Positions 1-12,835 of a stretch of 64,000 nt of DNA are shown piece after piece. A model generated the notes under the pieces. The model saw only the letters and a list, made by a program, of their open reading frames with translations, was not told where the DNA came from and did no database searches. Source of the stretch: Octopus sinensis. Its lineage: Eukaryota. The stretch lies in the NCBI RefSeq assembly GCF_006345805.1, contig NC_043022.1:9486001-9550000 (forward strand). The letters run 5' to 3'. Numbering within the stretch: the first letter of the stretch is position 1; each line of letters starts with the position of its first letter. The translations under genes were made by a program, and so were the position numbers.

Positions 1-3000
1 ACTATTTTGGCAAATGACTCTTATTGACTCTCGTTAGATGCTGAACAGATAATAATCTATCAAATGGCCAGGAAACCCCTGCTATCATCGGCAGTCATGG
101 TGTGTGCAGATGAGATATTTCAGCTGTCAGAAGCCCAGTGTGACTAAAACTTGAGCCAAGCATTCATGCCACATCTGGTGTGAAAGGGTTGCATTAGTCT
201 GGGCAAATCACTCAACTGGATGATGATGATGAGGATGGTGATGACATCAGCATTGTGGAATGTGAAGAGTAATACAAGACACTATAGAAGTCCTAGTCTT
301 TCCCTGCATCCAGATGTGCCTCCATCTGCCTTGACTTTGGCTTCATTCCATATCAAGGCAGGAAGAGAAACTGAGACCAAGTAAACATGAACCATTCACT
401 TGCAAGTTACAATATCAAGCAATGCTTTGGTCATCCTTCTGCAGATGAATGAACAAGGACTCCTCCTCATCATCCTCATTGTCATCATTTAATGTCCACT
501 TTCCTTGCTGGCATTGGTTTAATAGTTTGACAAGATTTGGCAAGCCACAGTGCTACATCAAGCTCCAGAGTTTGCTTTGGCATGGTTTCTACAACAGCAT
601 GCCCTTCCTAACACTGACTATTTTACAGCGTGTACTGGATGCTTTTTTGGCATTACCAGAGCTAGTGAGATTTCCAAGTAACTTACAAGACAGCAAAAGA
701 AAAATTAATATGAAAAGGAAACAGCCTCCTCCACTGTGTTAATAAAAAGGTAACACTAAATAATTATTTCTAATATATGCACAAGGCCTTAAATTTGGTG
801 GGGAGGGGGCTAGTCAATTGCATTGACCCCAGTACTTGACTTGTACTTATTTTATCGACCCTGGAAGAATAAAAGATAAAGTCAGCCTTGGTGGGATTTG
901 AACTCAGAACATAAAGCTGAAAGAATAGCTGCAAATCATTTTGTCTGACATGCTAAAGATTCTGCTACCTTGCTACTTTGTTAACACTAAACAGTGTTGC
1001 CATAGATACAACTATGCTTGAAAAAAGGATCGCAGTTGGTGTTGTGGTGAGAGTCACTGAAACCCCTGGGGCATTGGAAGAATAGACTAGCCGAACTCTT
1101 ATAAAAAGTAGTGTATTGGTTGAGACCAAGGTTGGAAGGAGTTGTTAAGAGGGTGTTCTGGTGTCTTGTGATGTACTTTGTGTGAACACATTGATTTTAC
1201 CTGCACATCGTTAAATTATATATCCAATGTTTGTCTAGGATATAAAAGTTGGGAAAGCTTTAGTCACAAGTCTGCTTGATCAGAATTGACTCGGGCTGAA
1301 CCACAACCACTACTTATAATTAAATATATCATCATAGACTCCTGGGTGTCACTGTCTTGAGACCCATGATCCACTTACCTGGTTTCTATGGCATGATAAG
1401 TGATTGAGCTTACAATGTTCCCCTCTGAATTAAACACCTGTCAGTCACAGGGTTACTCATTTACAGCTGAGTGGACTGGGGCAACATGAAATGAAGTGTT
1501 TCGCTTAAGAACAGAACACACTACCCAGTCCAGGAATTGAAACCACAATCATGTGATCATGAGTCCAACACACTATATACTAATTTTTACCAGCTGAGTG
1601 GACTGGGGCAACGTAAAATGAAGTGTTTTGCTTAAGGACACAATACACTACCCAGTCCAGGAATTGAAACCACAATCTTGGGTTAATGAGTGCAATATCC
1701 TAACCACTAGGCTACACACCTTTGCAATTAAATATATTCAGCTGTAAAAAGAAATCCAGCAATGATATAACAGCTGAGAAATGATTTGAACTTATGATCT
1801 TATGGTCAATAAAGAGAAATAAATACTTCTATCACTTATTTCAGCCATTGAACTGTGGCCATGCTGGGGCATGCCTTGAAGGATGTAGATAAACAAATCA
1901 ACCCAATTACTTATATTACCCTGTATATTTTCGTTCAGAAATGTCTATTAAATATACATTTGAAGGAAAATATACGTTCACTGTACTTTGAGATGTCTGT
2001 CACTTATTTCTTACGCGAAATATTTCGTTCATGATTGTTATTCCCGTTTTTTTTTTTTTTTTTTTTCATCTCTAACTATCATTTCTATCAGTAATTCATA
2101 ATCGCCAATCATAGCTGATCCAAAATAATTTGTATACTTATTCTTCCTTATATACAAATAAAAAATAAATAATTAAAAAATATTATATTGTTTTGCATGT
2201 AAACTGAAACAAAAAAAGTGAATGTTAACCCTTTCGTTACTATATTTCTGACCAAAATACACCCCTCATGAGTTTCAGTTAAATTCTAAAATAATCATGA
2301 ATTTAGACTAGTTTCATTAAACAACTGTAAATTTTTTTTACTTATCAACATATTAATGTGATATTTGGAACATAATTAAAGAAAGGGTTCTTAATCAATT
2401 CTATTGCATAACTTTTGTCTCAAAGTGACTTTAATTACAGGTAAATCCAGGTAAACTAAGCAAAAGGTAAAAATATTGAACCAGAATTCCGCTAAGCATT
2501 TTAGTCCGACGCTCTAACAATTCTGCTAACACGCCGCAAAGGCTGTCACTGGCAAAGAGGTAAGGGGGAAATAACTCAAAACACGCACTGAGAAAACTTG
2601 GTTCCTACTTTTTTCGTCCCGAAGAATTTGCTGATAAAAACCAACTGTTGTCTTTTCATCAGAAAACCTTGAGGTAAAGAAATATATTTTTAATAACAGA
2701 GAGAGAAAAAATACTGTAGACAAATAGATATCATGGAAATTTCGGTAATTTTAATCCTGAAACAATTTACGCATCATAATTGAAAATGTTTTTGTTTTTA
2801 AACTATGTCGTGGTCGTATTTCCCTACAACTATAAATGTTGACTAATTTTTAAAGTTTAACCTTATAAAGCTAATTTTTGTTCTCGCTTATTATTAGAAT
2901 TATTACAAAAAGTTATTTTTCAAAAGTTTTATCTTCGAAAATTATAGAATAATTGTTTTAAAAATAAGTTATAAGAAATATTTTATTTATTTAACAACCT

Positions 3001-3440
3001 GTAACTCGACAGGTTGCCAGAATTTTCCCGCAAAATTTCAGTTGCTTCTAATAGCAGTATTAAGGTAACGAACTGGCAAGAGTCGTGAGACCGATTTCTT
3101 CTCGTATTACGTTACGTTCTGGGTTCAAATTGCACCGAGTTTAACTTTGCTTTTCATTCTGGTGAGATCGACGAAAAAAAAAAAAAGAAAAAGGGGGCCA
3201 TTTGAGTGCAGGGGCTGATGTAATCGATTTCCTCATCACCTCAAAATTACTGGCATCGTGCCAAAAATTAGAAATAATTATTATCAGCAACATTTCGTAC
3301 GTTTTTACCTTCTGAGTTCAAATTCTGTCGAGGTCGACTTTGCCTTTCATCCTTTCGGGGTCGATAAAACAAGTACCAGTTGAACACTGGGGTCGATGTA
3401 ATCGACGTACCTCTCCCCTAAAATTGCTGGTTTTTTCCCT

Positions 3441-3490
3441 TTTGTGGCGCACCTGAGCACTGTATACAATAATTTCATTATTATTATTAT
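3441..3490 (+). mobile_element. Very short 3' terminus of the same CR1 LINE
   Basis: ttgtggcgcacctgagcactgtatacaataatttc(att)n matches the 3' end at 57232-57275. Confidence 0.75.
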
Positions 3491-4122
3491 TAAAAATATA
3501 TTTCTTTATCTTCAGGTTTTCTGATCATTTGAAACCATTACTATTGTTATTGAGTTAAAATTCCGCCGAGTTTGATCTAGCCTTTCATCCTTTGGGGGTC
3601 GATAAAATAAGTACCAATTGAGTACTGGTGTCAATCAAATCGACTAGTCCTCTACCTCGAAAATTCCAGGGCTTTTGCCTATAGTAGAAAGCATTATTAT
3701 TGTTGTTTAACTCTCAACCGTGACCATCCCATTTTTTAAATATATATTTTGGATTACGCTGCCTAATGTGTTGTCCTTCTCTCTCCGATCACATTTTCCC
3801 CTAAGACAGCTAAGATGTAATATGAGGGCATTTCACTGGCCCCTCTATTTTTCGTTATTGGACCCACAAATTCCAGGCCGCGTGCCCTATGTAAAAAATC
3901 GTCATTTATTTTAACTCTTTGCCTGTATCGCATGTAATACACAAGACATATTTCCATGATGTTTATACGGCATATAATAATACACATTGCCATTTTTTTC
4001 GACCGTCCGAGTAATTTGGAAATTATGAAAGGAAAGTTTTATATTACTCAGAATATATGAAACAAGGGTTAACTTAAAATCTGAAAACAAATGTGGATGT
4101 TTTGGACAAACTTATGGAAATA

Positions 4123-4348
4123 CAGGGTGGGCCAAAAGTCACGCTCAAAATAAGTTCAATACTCCTGTCAAAAATATGCTTCAGTTTTTCTAAAATTCAA
4201 TAAAATAAATAAAATAATGATGAATACAGGTGTACTTGTACATGATTAACAAAATTATTTAATTAATTAATTAATGAATAATAATAATAACAAGAATAAC
4301 ATCGTAAAATGTAAAACTGTTTTGGTGCGTGACTTTTTGCCCACCCTG
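4123..4348. mobile_element. Tc1/mariner-type MITE
   Basis: TIRs cagggtgggccaaaagtcacgc / gcgtgactttttgcccaccctg, with TA on the left flank. Confidence 0.8.
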
Positions 4349-4466
4349 ATACAATCGGGTTTTATGTATGCTTCTTGTTATAAACATTTCTCGATTGTTT
4401 TATCTCTGCCATAACTACAGATATGCGCCCCACCGACTTTGTTTCCTTATAACTTTCTGAGAAATG

Positions 4467-5712
4467 GGTACCTGTCTATTGTCGTGGTCCCGGTTTCGCA
4501 CACGCGAATTCGCGCGCCAGACGTAGGTACTCGATACTCAAGATCCTACGAGGTGACTTGCGCATGCGCAGTGCAGAATTCGCGCATGCGCGTTAACGCC
4601 CCCCCCCTAAAAAAAAAGGTGTTGGATTTCACTAAAAATATATATGTGTGTGTGTGTGTGTGTGTATATATAACATTTTCAATTTTACACAAAAAAATTA
4701 CATAGTCGCTTTCCTCGCGGATTTACAGATAAATGAATTAATTACTATTTTACAGAATAAAATTAATGAATTAATTATATAAATTAAATAATTCTTGAAA
4801 ATTAATTAATATCAATAATATTTTTTGAACAAAGTAAATAATTTATAAAACTTGGTTAATAATTTTTTTTACACAAACGCGAACGTATATAGTTTGTGAA
4901 ACTTTTTTTTTTTTTACAGACGTATATAATTTGGTAAACTTAATGAATTAATTTCTTATCATCATCATCATCGTTTAACGTCCGTTCTCCATGCCAGCAT
5001 GGGTTGGACGGTTCGACCGGGGATCTGGGAAGCCAGAAAGCTGCACCAGACTCCAGTCTTATCTGGCAATGTTTCTACAGCTGGATGCCCTTCCTAACGC
5101 CAACCACTCCGAGAGTGTAGTGGGTGCTTTTTACATGCCACCCGCACAGGTGCCAGGCGAGGCTGGTCACGGTCGGATTGGTGCCAGTCGAGGCGGCTCT
5201 GGCATCGGCCACGATTCGGATAGTGCTTTTTACGTACCACCAGTCCAGGGGTCCTGGCATTTGCCGGGTGTCACACTTGCCCCAACATGTCTTCGCAAGC
5301 AAAGGGGGTTGGCATGGGTGCCTGTCGTGGGATGAGGTTCGATATCAACTTCGCTTGCCTCAACAGGTCTTTGTGTATAAATATAAAATTTTTCGCACTA
5401 AATTCTTTCCGTAGAATTTATCAAAAACGCGCAAAATTATTCCGTAGAATTTATCAAATTAAAAAACGCAAAATTAATATATTTTTTGAAATTGCAAATT
5501 ATTTAGAATATAAAACAAATGAAGTTAAATTTTTAAAATAAATGTCATATACTTATACTCTGTAAGGTGCTGTGTTCACACTTCAATTTACTATTTTCTA
5601 GAAATGTTGCTTTTCTAATTGAAACAATTTTTCTCAATCTCCATTTTTCTCCATTTTTCGCGCGCGCGAATTCGCGTGTGCGAAACCGGGACCACGACAA
5701 TAGACAAGTACC
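4467..5712. mobile_element. Non-autonomous DNA transposon, ~50-bp TIRs, 8-bp TSD GAGAAATG (Merlin-like), with nested SINE
   Basis: TIRs ggtacctgtctattgtcgtggtcccggtttcgcacacgcgaattcgcgcgc and its reverse complement. TSD at 4459-4466 and 5713-5720. Confidence 0.88.
4958..5370 (-). mobile_element. SINE family B with (TGA)n tail (representative)
   Basis: Plus strand reads (atc)n gtttaacgtccg..catgggttggacgg..ctggatgcccttcctaacgccaaccac. Further copies at ~14000, 24570-24870, 27805, 34520, 36140-36375, 36905, 42650, 48475, 62730 and 63755. Confidence 0.8.
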
Positions 5713-5757
5713 GAGAAATGTATACTTTTTAATGAAATTTTCTAGAAATACATTTTA

Positions 5758-6179
5758 GGCAATCTTTCGTCTCTAGTAGACCTTTCCGTCAATTTCCGTA
5801 AAAAAATTTTTTTTTTTTACATATGGGCTTGCGGGAACTTTTGAAGTAATGAGAGCGAAAGAGACTAAGAGAAAGCGATTGTATGACGAGGGAAGTTCTT
5901 TTGAAGTTACCGTGCATGGGAAACATTGATGTACATGTGTGTGTGTGTGTTTGATGGGGTGTGGGAGACAGACAGTATGTTGTGTAAGTGAAGTGCTTCT
6001 GTTAGTGTGTGTGAAGAGACAGAGTAATGTGTGAAAGAGAGAGATAACTGAAATTTTTTACTCGGTGTATGTGTATATGTATGTATATTACTTCAAAAGT
6101 TCCCGCAAGCCAATATGTAAAAAAAATTTATTTTTTTACGGAAATCGACGGAAAGGTCTACTAGAGACGAAAGATCGCC
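5758..6179. mobile_element. MITE, ~90-bp TIRs, 8-bp TSD ACATTTTA (Merlin-like)
   Basis: TIRs ggcaatctttcgtctctagtagacctttccgtc... and reverse complement. TSD at 5750-5757 and 6180-6187. Confidence 0.88.
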
Positions 6180-8571
6180 ACATTTTAAATAGTGTAGATT
6201 AGGGTTACGTCGGAATTTGTAAAAAAACGTTTTTCGGAGTTGGGGAGAGGAATCTCGGATAATTTGCACACCTCGAATTGTTTCCTGATAACTTTCTGTA
6301 AACAGGATATTATTTGATGAAATTTTCTACAAATATATTTCAGATGATGTAGATTATGATAATATCAGAAAACTGTGTGAAAAACGCAAGGAAATAAATT
6401 TGGTGGATTGTGTTAGATAATTCGTACATCTTAACCTTGTTTCTTTATACACGTCGGTGAGGTTTGGGAATTATTCCCCCGCCTCCTCCGAACCATTTAT
6501 TTTTTCACATCAAATTCCAATATAACTGTCATCTCCATCATCAGAAATGTATTTGTTGAAAATTTTGATTTAAAAAAAAAATTCATTTTTCAGAAAGTTA
6601 TGAGGTAAGAAGTTTGCTTTCCAACCACATGGCTCTGGGTTCAGTCCCACTGCGTGGCACCTTGAGCAAGTGTCTTCTGCTATAGCCTCAGGCCGACCAA
6701 AGCCTTGTGAGTGGATTTGGTAGATGGAAACTGAAAGAAGCCCATTGCATCTATGTGTGTGTCTGTCTTTGTTCCCAACCACCACTGCTTGACTACCAAT
6801 TTGGTTTCTTTACGTTCCTGTAACTTATCGGGTCAGCAAAAGAGACCGATAGAATAATTACCAAGCTTTTAAAAAACATGGACAACAAATGTTAACTGAT
6901 AATGATGACAGAATGTGACATGGCTGACCCTTTGAAATACATTGACCCGAGAAATATGAAGTAGAGTGTTTTGCTCAAGGACATAACATACCACCAGGAA
7001 TTGAACTCCCAATCTTACGATCATGTACCCAATACCCTAACCATTAAGCTACATGCTTTCAGGCATGTGGCACAGTGGTTAGGGTGTTGCAATCACGAGT
7101 ACGAGATCATGGTTTCAATTCTTGGACCAGGCAATGCGTTGTGTTCTTGGGCAAACCACTTCGTTTAATCTAACCCTAGTCCACTTAACTGTAAATGAGT
7201 AATCCTGTAACAGACTTACATCCCACTCAGGGCCATTGTTGTGATCTCAGTCCCTTATTCACCATGGAAACTGGGTAACCAGCTCTGTGATTTCTAGGAC
7301 TCAAAACAGCAGTGAAGTAAAAAGGTAAAGTTACCTTTTCAAGTTGTACTAACTCATTAAGGGGCAGTTTCCTGGTTTCCATGACGTATAAATTCCCCTC
7401 CTGGACAGGATGCTAGTCCATCACAGGATTACTTACTTTTGCCAGCTGAATAGACTGGAGCAATTAGAAATGAAGTGTTTTGCTCAAGAATACAATACAC
7501 TGCCCAGTCTAGGAGTTGAAACCACATCCTAGAAGTCATGAGTGCAACATCCTAACCATTAGCTGAGTGGACTGGAGCAACATGAAATGAAGTGTTTTGC
7601 ACAAGAACACAATGCACTGCCCAGTCCAGGAATTGAAACCACAATCTAGAAGTCATGAGTGCAACATCCCAACTATTAGCTGAGTGGACTGGAGCAACGT
7701 GAAATGAAGTGTTTTGCTCTTAGTCCAGGAATTGAAACCACAATCTTACGATCATGAGTCCAACACTCAGTGCCAGATTTACCATTGTGCTTAAGTACAG
7801 GGGCCCTGTCTAAGTAAGGGGCCTCATAATTTAATTATCACAAGGCCTCATTTGTCTGAAATCCGACACTGCTAACATGCTAACCACTAAGCTACTACTT
7901 ATACTGACTATCTCAGTGGCCTGCAGGACATATTTCCCATCCAAACTATCAATTTGTGATCACCAACAGAATCCAGGAAGTACTTTTTAAGAAAGTGGCT
8001 GTGTGGTAAGTAGCTTGCTTCCCAACCACATGGTTCTGGGTTCAGTCCCACTGTGTGGTACCTTGGACAAGTGTCTTCTACTTTAGCCTCGGCCGAAGCA
8101 AAGCCATGTGAGTGGATTTGGTAGACAGAAACTGAAAGAAACCTGTCGTGTAGGTGGAAACTGAAAGAAGCCCATTGTTTGTGTGTGTATGTTTGTGTGT
8201 CTGTGTTTGTCCCTCCAACATCACTTGACAACCAATGTTGGTGTGTTTACATACCCATAACTTAACGGTTTAACAAAAGAGACTGATAGAACAAGTGCTA
8301 GGCTTACAAAGAATAAGTCTTGGGGTCAATTTGTTTGACTAAAGGTGATGCTCCAGCATGGCCGCAGTCAAATGACTGAAACAAGTAAAAGAATACACAG
8401 ACACCACACACACACACTTTCCTTCTACCACTTCCACTCCAATTCCATTCCTGAGTGAGCTTCTTAACCACATTGCCATGTCTTAATTTATTTAAATAAA
8501 ATTTATATTTATTTGTTGTGATATTTCACATTTATTTTTAAAAAGGTTTTTCATTTTTATTTTTGTAGATC

Positions 8572-9348
8572 ATGAATAAATATGTCGACTTCTACTGGGA
8601 AAACAATATGATTCCATTCGAAGAGGATTCCAGACACGAATTCAAATGTCACAGGAACCTGTCAGTCGAAGAGCTACCACCATGGACCCAGGAAAACCAA
8701 AAACGCACGCGGAGGTCTGTTTCTCGCACACTGAATGCTTTTCTGAACACAGGTCAAGGAGGCTCAGTTTACCTTGGCGTGGCAGATGATGGCAAAATCA
8801 TAGGTTTACAATTAACGCTATTTCAGAGAGACCACCTAAAAGTCAATCTTGACAATCTGATGAAGCGCTACATACCACAAGTCGACTTGAATCGATATGG
8901 GATTCATTTCATGCCGGTCATTAGCCGGACGGTGTCTATGGCTGATGTTTATCGAATATGCAATAAGATCAAACTGGAGAGTGACATTTTCTCGAAAGAG
9001 GAGCGCCAGCGAAGCCATCTTTGCCAGTCGTATGCCAGATGCTGGTGTGATGAGCAAGCTACCTTGATGGTCAAAGCAGATGAAGTCATACACAGGTTTG
9101 TCGTTGAAATACACATCAAACCATGGGACCCAAAAACTATGATCTGGAATAACATTGTTCCTGGGATCAATCTGCACCCAATGCATGCCAATGAAGAAGG
9201 TAGAGTATTTATGAAGACATTGGCTGGCGTCAAACTTTGCGATGACCAGGACATTATTAATATAACCGTAAAAGATGTGAAACAGATATTTCAAACGAGA
9301 ATTAATAATATTAAGAAAAAGATCGAAGCATTAAAGACTGATAATTAA
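8572..9348 (+). CDS. Stand-alone Schlafen / AlbA_2-domain protein (258 aa), single coding exon
   Basis: Uninterrupted non-repetitive ORF with AlbA_2/Schlafen motifs FEEDSRHEFK and RTLNAFLNTGQGGSVYLGVADDGKIIGL. C-terminal coiled-coil-like tail. Polypyrimidine tract and AG acceptor (ttttatttttgtag, ending 8568) lie just before the ATG, implying a 5'-UTR intron. Confidence 0.88.
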   Translation: MNKYVDFYWENNMIPFEEDSRHEFKCHRNLSVEELPPWTQENQKRTRRSVSRTLNAFLNTGQGGSVYLGVADDGKIIGLQLTLFQRDHLKVNLDNLMKRYIPQVDLNRYGIHFMPVISRTVSMADVYRICNKIKLESDIFSKEERQRSHLCQSYARCWCDEQATLMVKADEVIHRFVVEIHIKPWDPKTMIWNNIVPGINLHPMHANEEGRVFMKTLAGVKLCDDQDIINITVKDVKQIFQTRINNIKKKIEALKTDN

Positions 9349-9855
9349 CTGTTCATGTTGTTGTTGTTGAATTTATTATTTTACTTGTTTCAGTTATTTG
9401 ATTGTGGCCATGCTAGAGCACCGCCTTAAGGGATTTTAGTTGAACAAATCAACCCCAGGACTTATTCTTTGTAAGCCCTCTACTTATCCTATTGGTCTCT
9501 TTTGCCAAACCACTAGGTTATGGGGATGTAAACACATCAACCCCAGTTGTCAAGAAGTGCTAGGGGTAAACACAGACGTTTACTTGTTTCAGTTATTTGA
9601 TTGTGGCCATGCTAGAGCACTGCCTTAAGGGATTTTAGTTAAACAAATCAACTCCAGGACTTATTCTTTGTAAGCCCTGTACTTATCCTATTGGTCTCTT
9701 TTGCTGAACCACTAGGTTATGGGGATGTAAACACATCAACCCCAGTTGTCAAGCACTACTAGGGGCAAACGCAGACACACACACACAAATATATACATAA
9801 ATGCTGTTTGTGGGTGACATGACATAGATTCCACAACTTAAAAATAAAAGGTTGT

Positions 9856-9917
9856 TTCTCTATTGCAATTTCGATGTTAGTAACCTATTAAGGGTCCCAT
9901 TTGTCTCTTCAGGAGAA
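9856..9917 (-). ncRNA. Type I hammerhead ribozyme (inverted partner of 10256-10317)
   Basis: Minus strand reads ttctc-CTGAAGA-gac...atc-GAAA-ttgcaa-TA-gagaa. Confidence 0.62.
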
Positions 9918-10255
9918 TATCCTTATCAGATAGAAATTGATACAAGATCTTAACCTTTGTGTATTTTATGATAACATGTTTGGCCATTGATATATTCATA
10001 AATAATTATTGATATATTTATGATATATCCTCCTTAATGTATTATTACATTACTTTTTAATTATTTAATTTTCCCCACTCATATCCGGTGCTTTGCCGTG
10101 GCTCGAATTTACTGGTCTTTCCTCATAAACGCTGTACATGACATTTGAATTCAGAATTTGAATGTGTAGATAGAGGTTGACACATTATTCTTGCCGGTCG
10201 GGATACATGTAAGCCCCAAAGTAAGGTCTTGCATCAATTTCTATCTATAGGAATA

Positions 10256-10317
10256 TTCTCCTGAAGAGACAAATGGAACCTTTAATAGGTTCCTAACGTT
10301 GAAATTGCAATAGAGAA
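10256..10317 (+). ncRNA. Type I hammerhead ribozyme
   Basis: ttctc-CTGAAGA-gac...gtt-GAAA-ttgcaa-TA-gagaa. Confidence 0.72.
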
Positions 10318-10693
10318 TTAACCTTTTATTTTCAAGTTGTGGATTCTATATGTCATGTTGCTTGCAGATAGCATTTATTGTGAGGAGATATGATATGAGT
10401 GATAATAGTGGCTTTATAGTGGTTTTTGATTGCTATTTCTAAACATGTAAGGGTTTTTGAAACCTCTTAGTTATAATTATGACTTGTTCATAATTATAAA
10501 CACTCTTCTTATATATATATAGAATGGTTGTATACTGTCAATCTAACAAGAACGTGACAGTAGGGGGTACACCACCGCTGTATAGCCCTAGGGAGCATCG
10601 AACGCCTCCTGATGGCTTTGACACATTTTCTCCCCTGTGTCCTTATATACATATACGAAGGGGAGACAAACACCCCCGGTCTGCCGAACTGCA

Positions 10694-10740
10694 TCTAGGG
10701 ACACACGTGTTTCAGGATCGTTGTCCTTCATCGGCCTAGA
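10694..10740 (-). ncRNA. Type I minimal hammerhead ribozyme (inverted copy)
   Basis: Minus strand reads tctagg-CCGATGA-agga(caacga)tcct-GAAA-cacgtgtg-TC-cctaga. Confidence 0.78.
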
Positions 10741-11201
10741 GTAGCGACACCGGTCAGCTGGTGATATTTGCCTCGACTCGTAATTGCATATATCTATATC
10801 AGTGAAGTCTATTCCTGATTATCAAAATAAGAAATATTGAATTTCTAAATCTCTCGTAGAGACATGTACTTGGTGGGGGCGATAGAATGGTTGTATACTG
10901 TCAATCTAACAAGAAAGTTCTTGTTAGATTGACAGTATACAACCATTCTATCGCCCCACCACCGTACATGTCTCTACGAGAGATTTAGAAATTCAATATT
11001 TCTTATTTTGATAATCAGTGAATAGACTTCACTGAATATAGATATATGCAATACGAAGTCGAGGCAAATATCACCAGCCGACCTATTTTTTTTTGGAGTC
11101 GTTATTCTGGTGTGTTGGTTTCGAGTGCGTCATTGTGAAGAGGTTGTGAGTTCGAGTTCGTTGCTGGAGGACGTGGTGAAATTTATTTGGAGACTTTGAA
11201 A

Positions 11202-12412
11202 ATGCAAGACCAGATGTATGCGAGAGCAGCAGGCAGAGGCGTGGTTGCGAGTGAACTAGAAATGGAAGAAGTGGTAGTCGAGAAGAAGACTTTAGAAAAA
11301 TATTTCGACAGTTTGAAGAGGGAGGGTGACTGCGTGAGAGTCACACCGTCCGAAGAAGAAGAAAACAATGTGGAGAAACGTATGATAATGTACAGGACAT
11401 GGTGTGTGACATCAAGAAAAATAGAAGTGGCAGAGACGGAAGAAATAGAGAAATGTCTGCAAGGTATTGAGGGTGAACCTACATTTTTCAACAGAGGAAG
11501 AAAGTATGCCACAGTGGTGGTACACTTTAAAAATGAAAATGAAGCAAGAAAGAATGCGACAAGAATTCTGAAATCGGAAAGTTGGACTTTATTACCTAGT
11601 TACTGTGGAAAAAGGGCAGTCAGAATAAGAATTAGTCGGATTTCGCCCGAACTTAACATGGAGAGGATATTAGCGGCAGTAGTTTTCAACTGCAAGGAAA
11701 GTGTGGAGGTGGTGAAGGTGGAAAAGTCAACAGAAGTTAAGTGGTGGGGATATGCGGTACAGGTTCTGGCACATATAACCGTGCCAGACCTATACAACAT
11801 CCCGGAGGAGTTGGTCTTCCCTTGAGACCGCTTAGAGGGTCGGGTGGTAGAGGGAAGACCTCCAGTTTGTTATAATTGCAAATTAAGAGGCCACATGAAG
11901 GATGTATGCCCGCTGGAGAAAACGATAACACCGGAGGCTGTAACGAAGGAGTGTAAAGATACGTGTGTGGAGGAGGGAGAAGTGCAGGAGGAACGAAAGC
12001 AGTGGAGGCGCAAACAGAGAGCAGCTAATTGAGGATGTGAAGAAGAACGTTTAAGTGCAGAGGATGAAAGAACAAAAGATATAGGAAGAGAACAAGGGTG
12101 GAATCACCACCGAAAGTTCTAAAAAGAAAAAAATCAAAAGCAAGATAACAGAAGAAAAAGAAGAGAGACAGTGCAAAGAAAAGGACGAACAAGACAAAGA
12201 CAGAGGTAAACCTAGAATGGAGAAAAAAAGTGAGAGAACAGTTGGATGCTTGTAAAAAGGGAAAAAGACCTGTAGGAAAATACCTGAAAGTATTCATGTT
12301 GTACGTGAAAGACACAGAAGTGGAAAAAAGACTTACAGGTAGGAAAGGATTGATTAGGGTTAAATTACACACAAAACTGCATGATGACGATATGAAAGGG
12401 TATTGTAGATAA
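11202..12412 (+). pseudogene. Disrupted Gag/ORF1-like gene (CCHC zinc knuckle), non-LTR retrotransposon ORF1 type
   Basis: ORFs 11187-11825 and 11844-12032 are in the same frame, separated by one TGA. They contain VVEGRPPVCYNCKLRGHMKDVCP (CX2CX4HX4C). A frameshifted Lys/Glu-rich tail runs to 12412. No RT or endonuclease follows. Confidence 0.7.
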
Positions 12413-12790
12413 AGGAACATTTACTAAATGAAAAAGTATGTTTGATCAGGTTTATTTAACGTATTATGTATGTTATGACAATTTGCCAAATGTGATAGAC
12501 CAGATGGAATTAACAAAGTACATTACGACGAACGTCCAACAACTGGAATTTATGTAATTGTAAAATTGTAACATTGTAAATTGTAAAATGTAAAATTGTA
12601 TTTTAAACGGAACTGCGAGTTGGGGGGTTCGTAAGCCGTTCCATCTAACTCATTACACATAATTCATCTTCATTTCATATTTTATTTTTTACTTATGTAC
12701 CCCACGTCCCGTCTTGTAATGTCCCCTCTGCATTCGGGCCATCGTGCCCATAATAAAGATATAATATCACCAGCAGACCGTGTCTGCTAC

Positions 12791-12835
12791 TCTAGGCCGA
12801 TGAAGGACAACGATCCTGAAACACGTGTCCCTAGA
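12791..12835 (+). ncRNA. Type I minimal hammerhead ribozyme (U4C core variant)
   Basis: tctagg-CCGATGA-agga(caacga)tcct-GAAA-cacgtg-TC-cctaga: stems I and II pair, stem III is a palindrome, cleavage triplet GUC. Confidence 0.8.

Larger units (their letters stand above)
9800..10378. mobile_element. Hammerhead-bearing element with ~160-bp inverted arms (Penelope-type remnant)
   Basis: ~9800-9960 is a diverged reverse complement of ~10215-10378. Each arm carries a hammerhead motif. Confidence 0.65.

Noticed and set aside
2530-2750. Possible promoter or non-coding first exon for the Schlafen-like gene (GT donors near 2673 and 2745)
   Set aside because: Only weak splice-site resemblance; cannot be supported without transcript data.
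8836-9294. Antisense ORFs overlapping the Schlafen-like CDS
   Set aside because: Shadow frames with no recognisable motifs.
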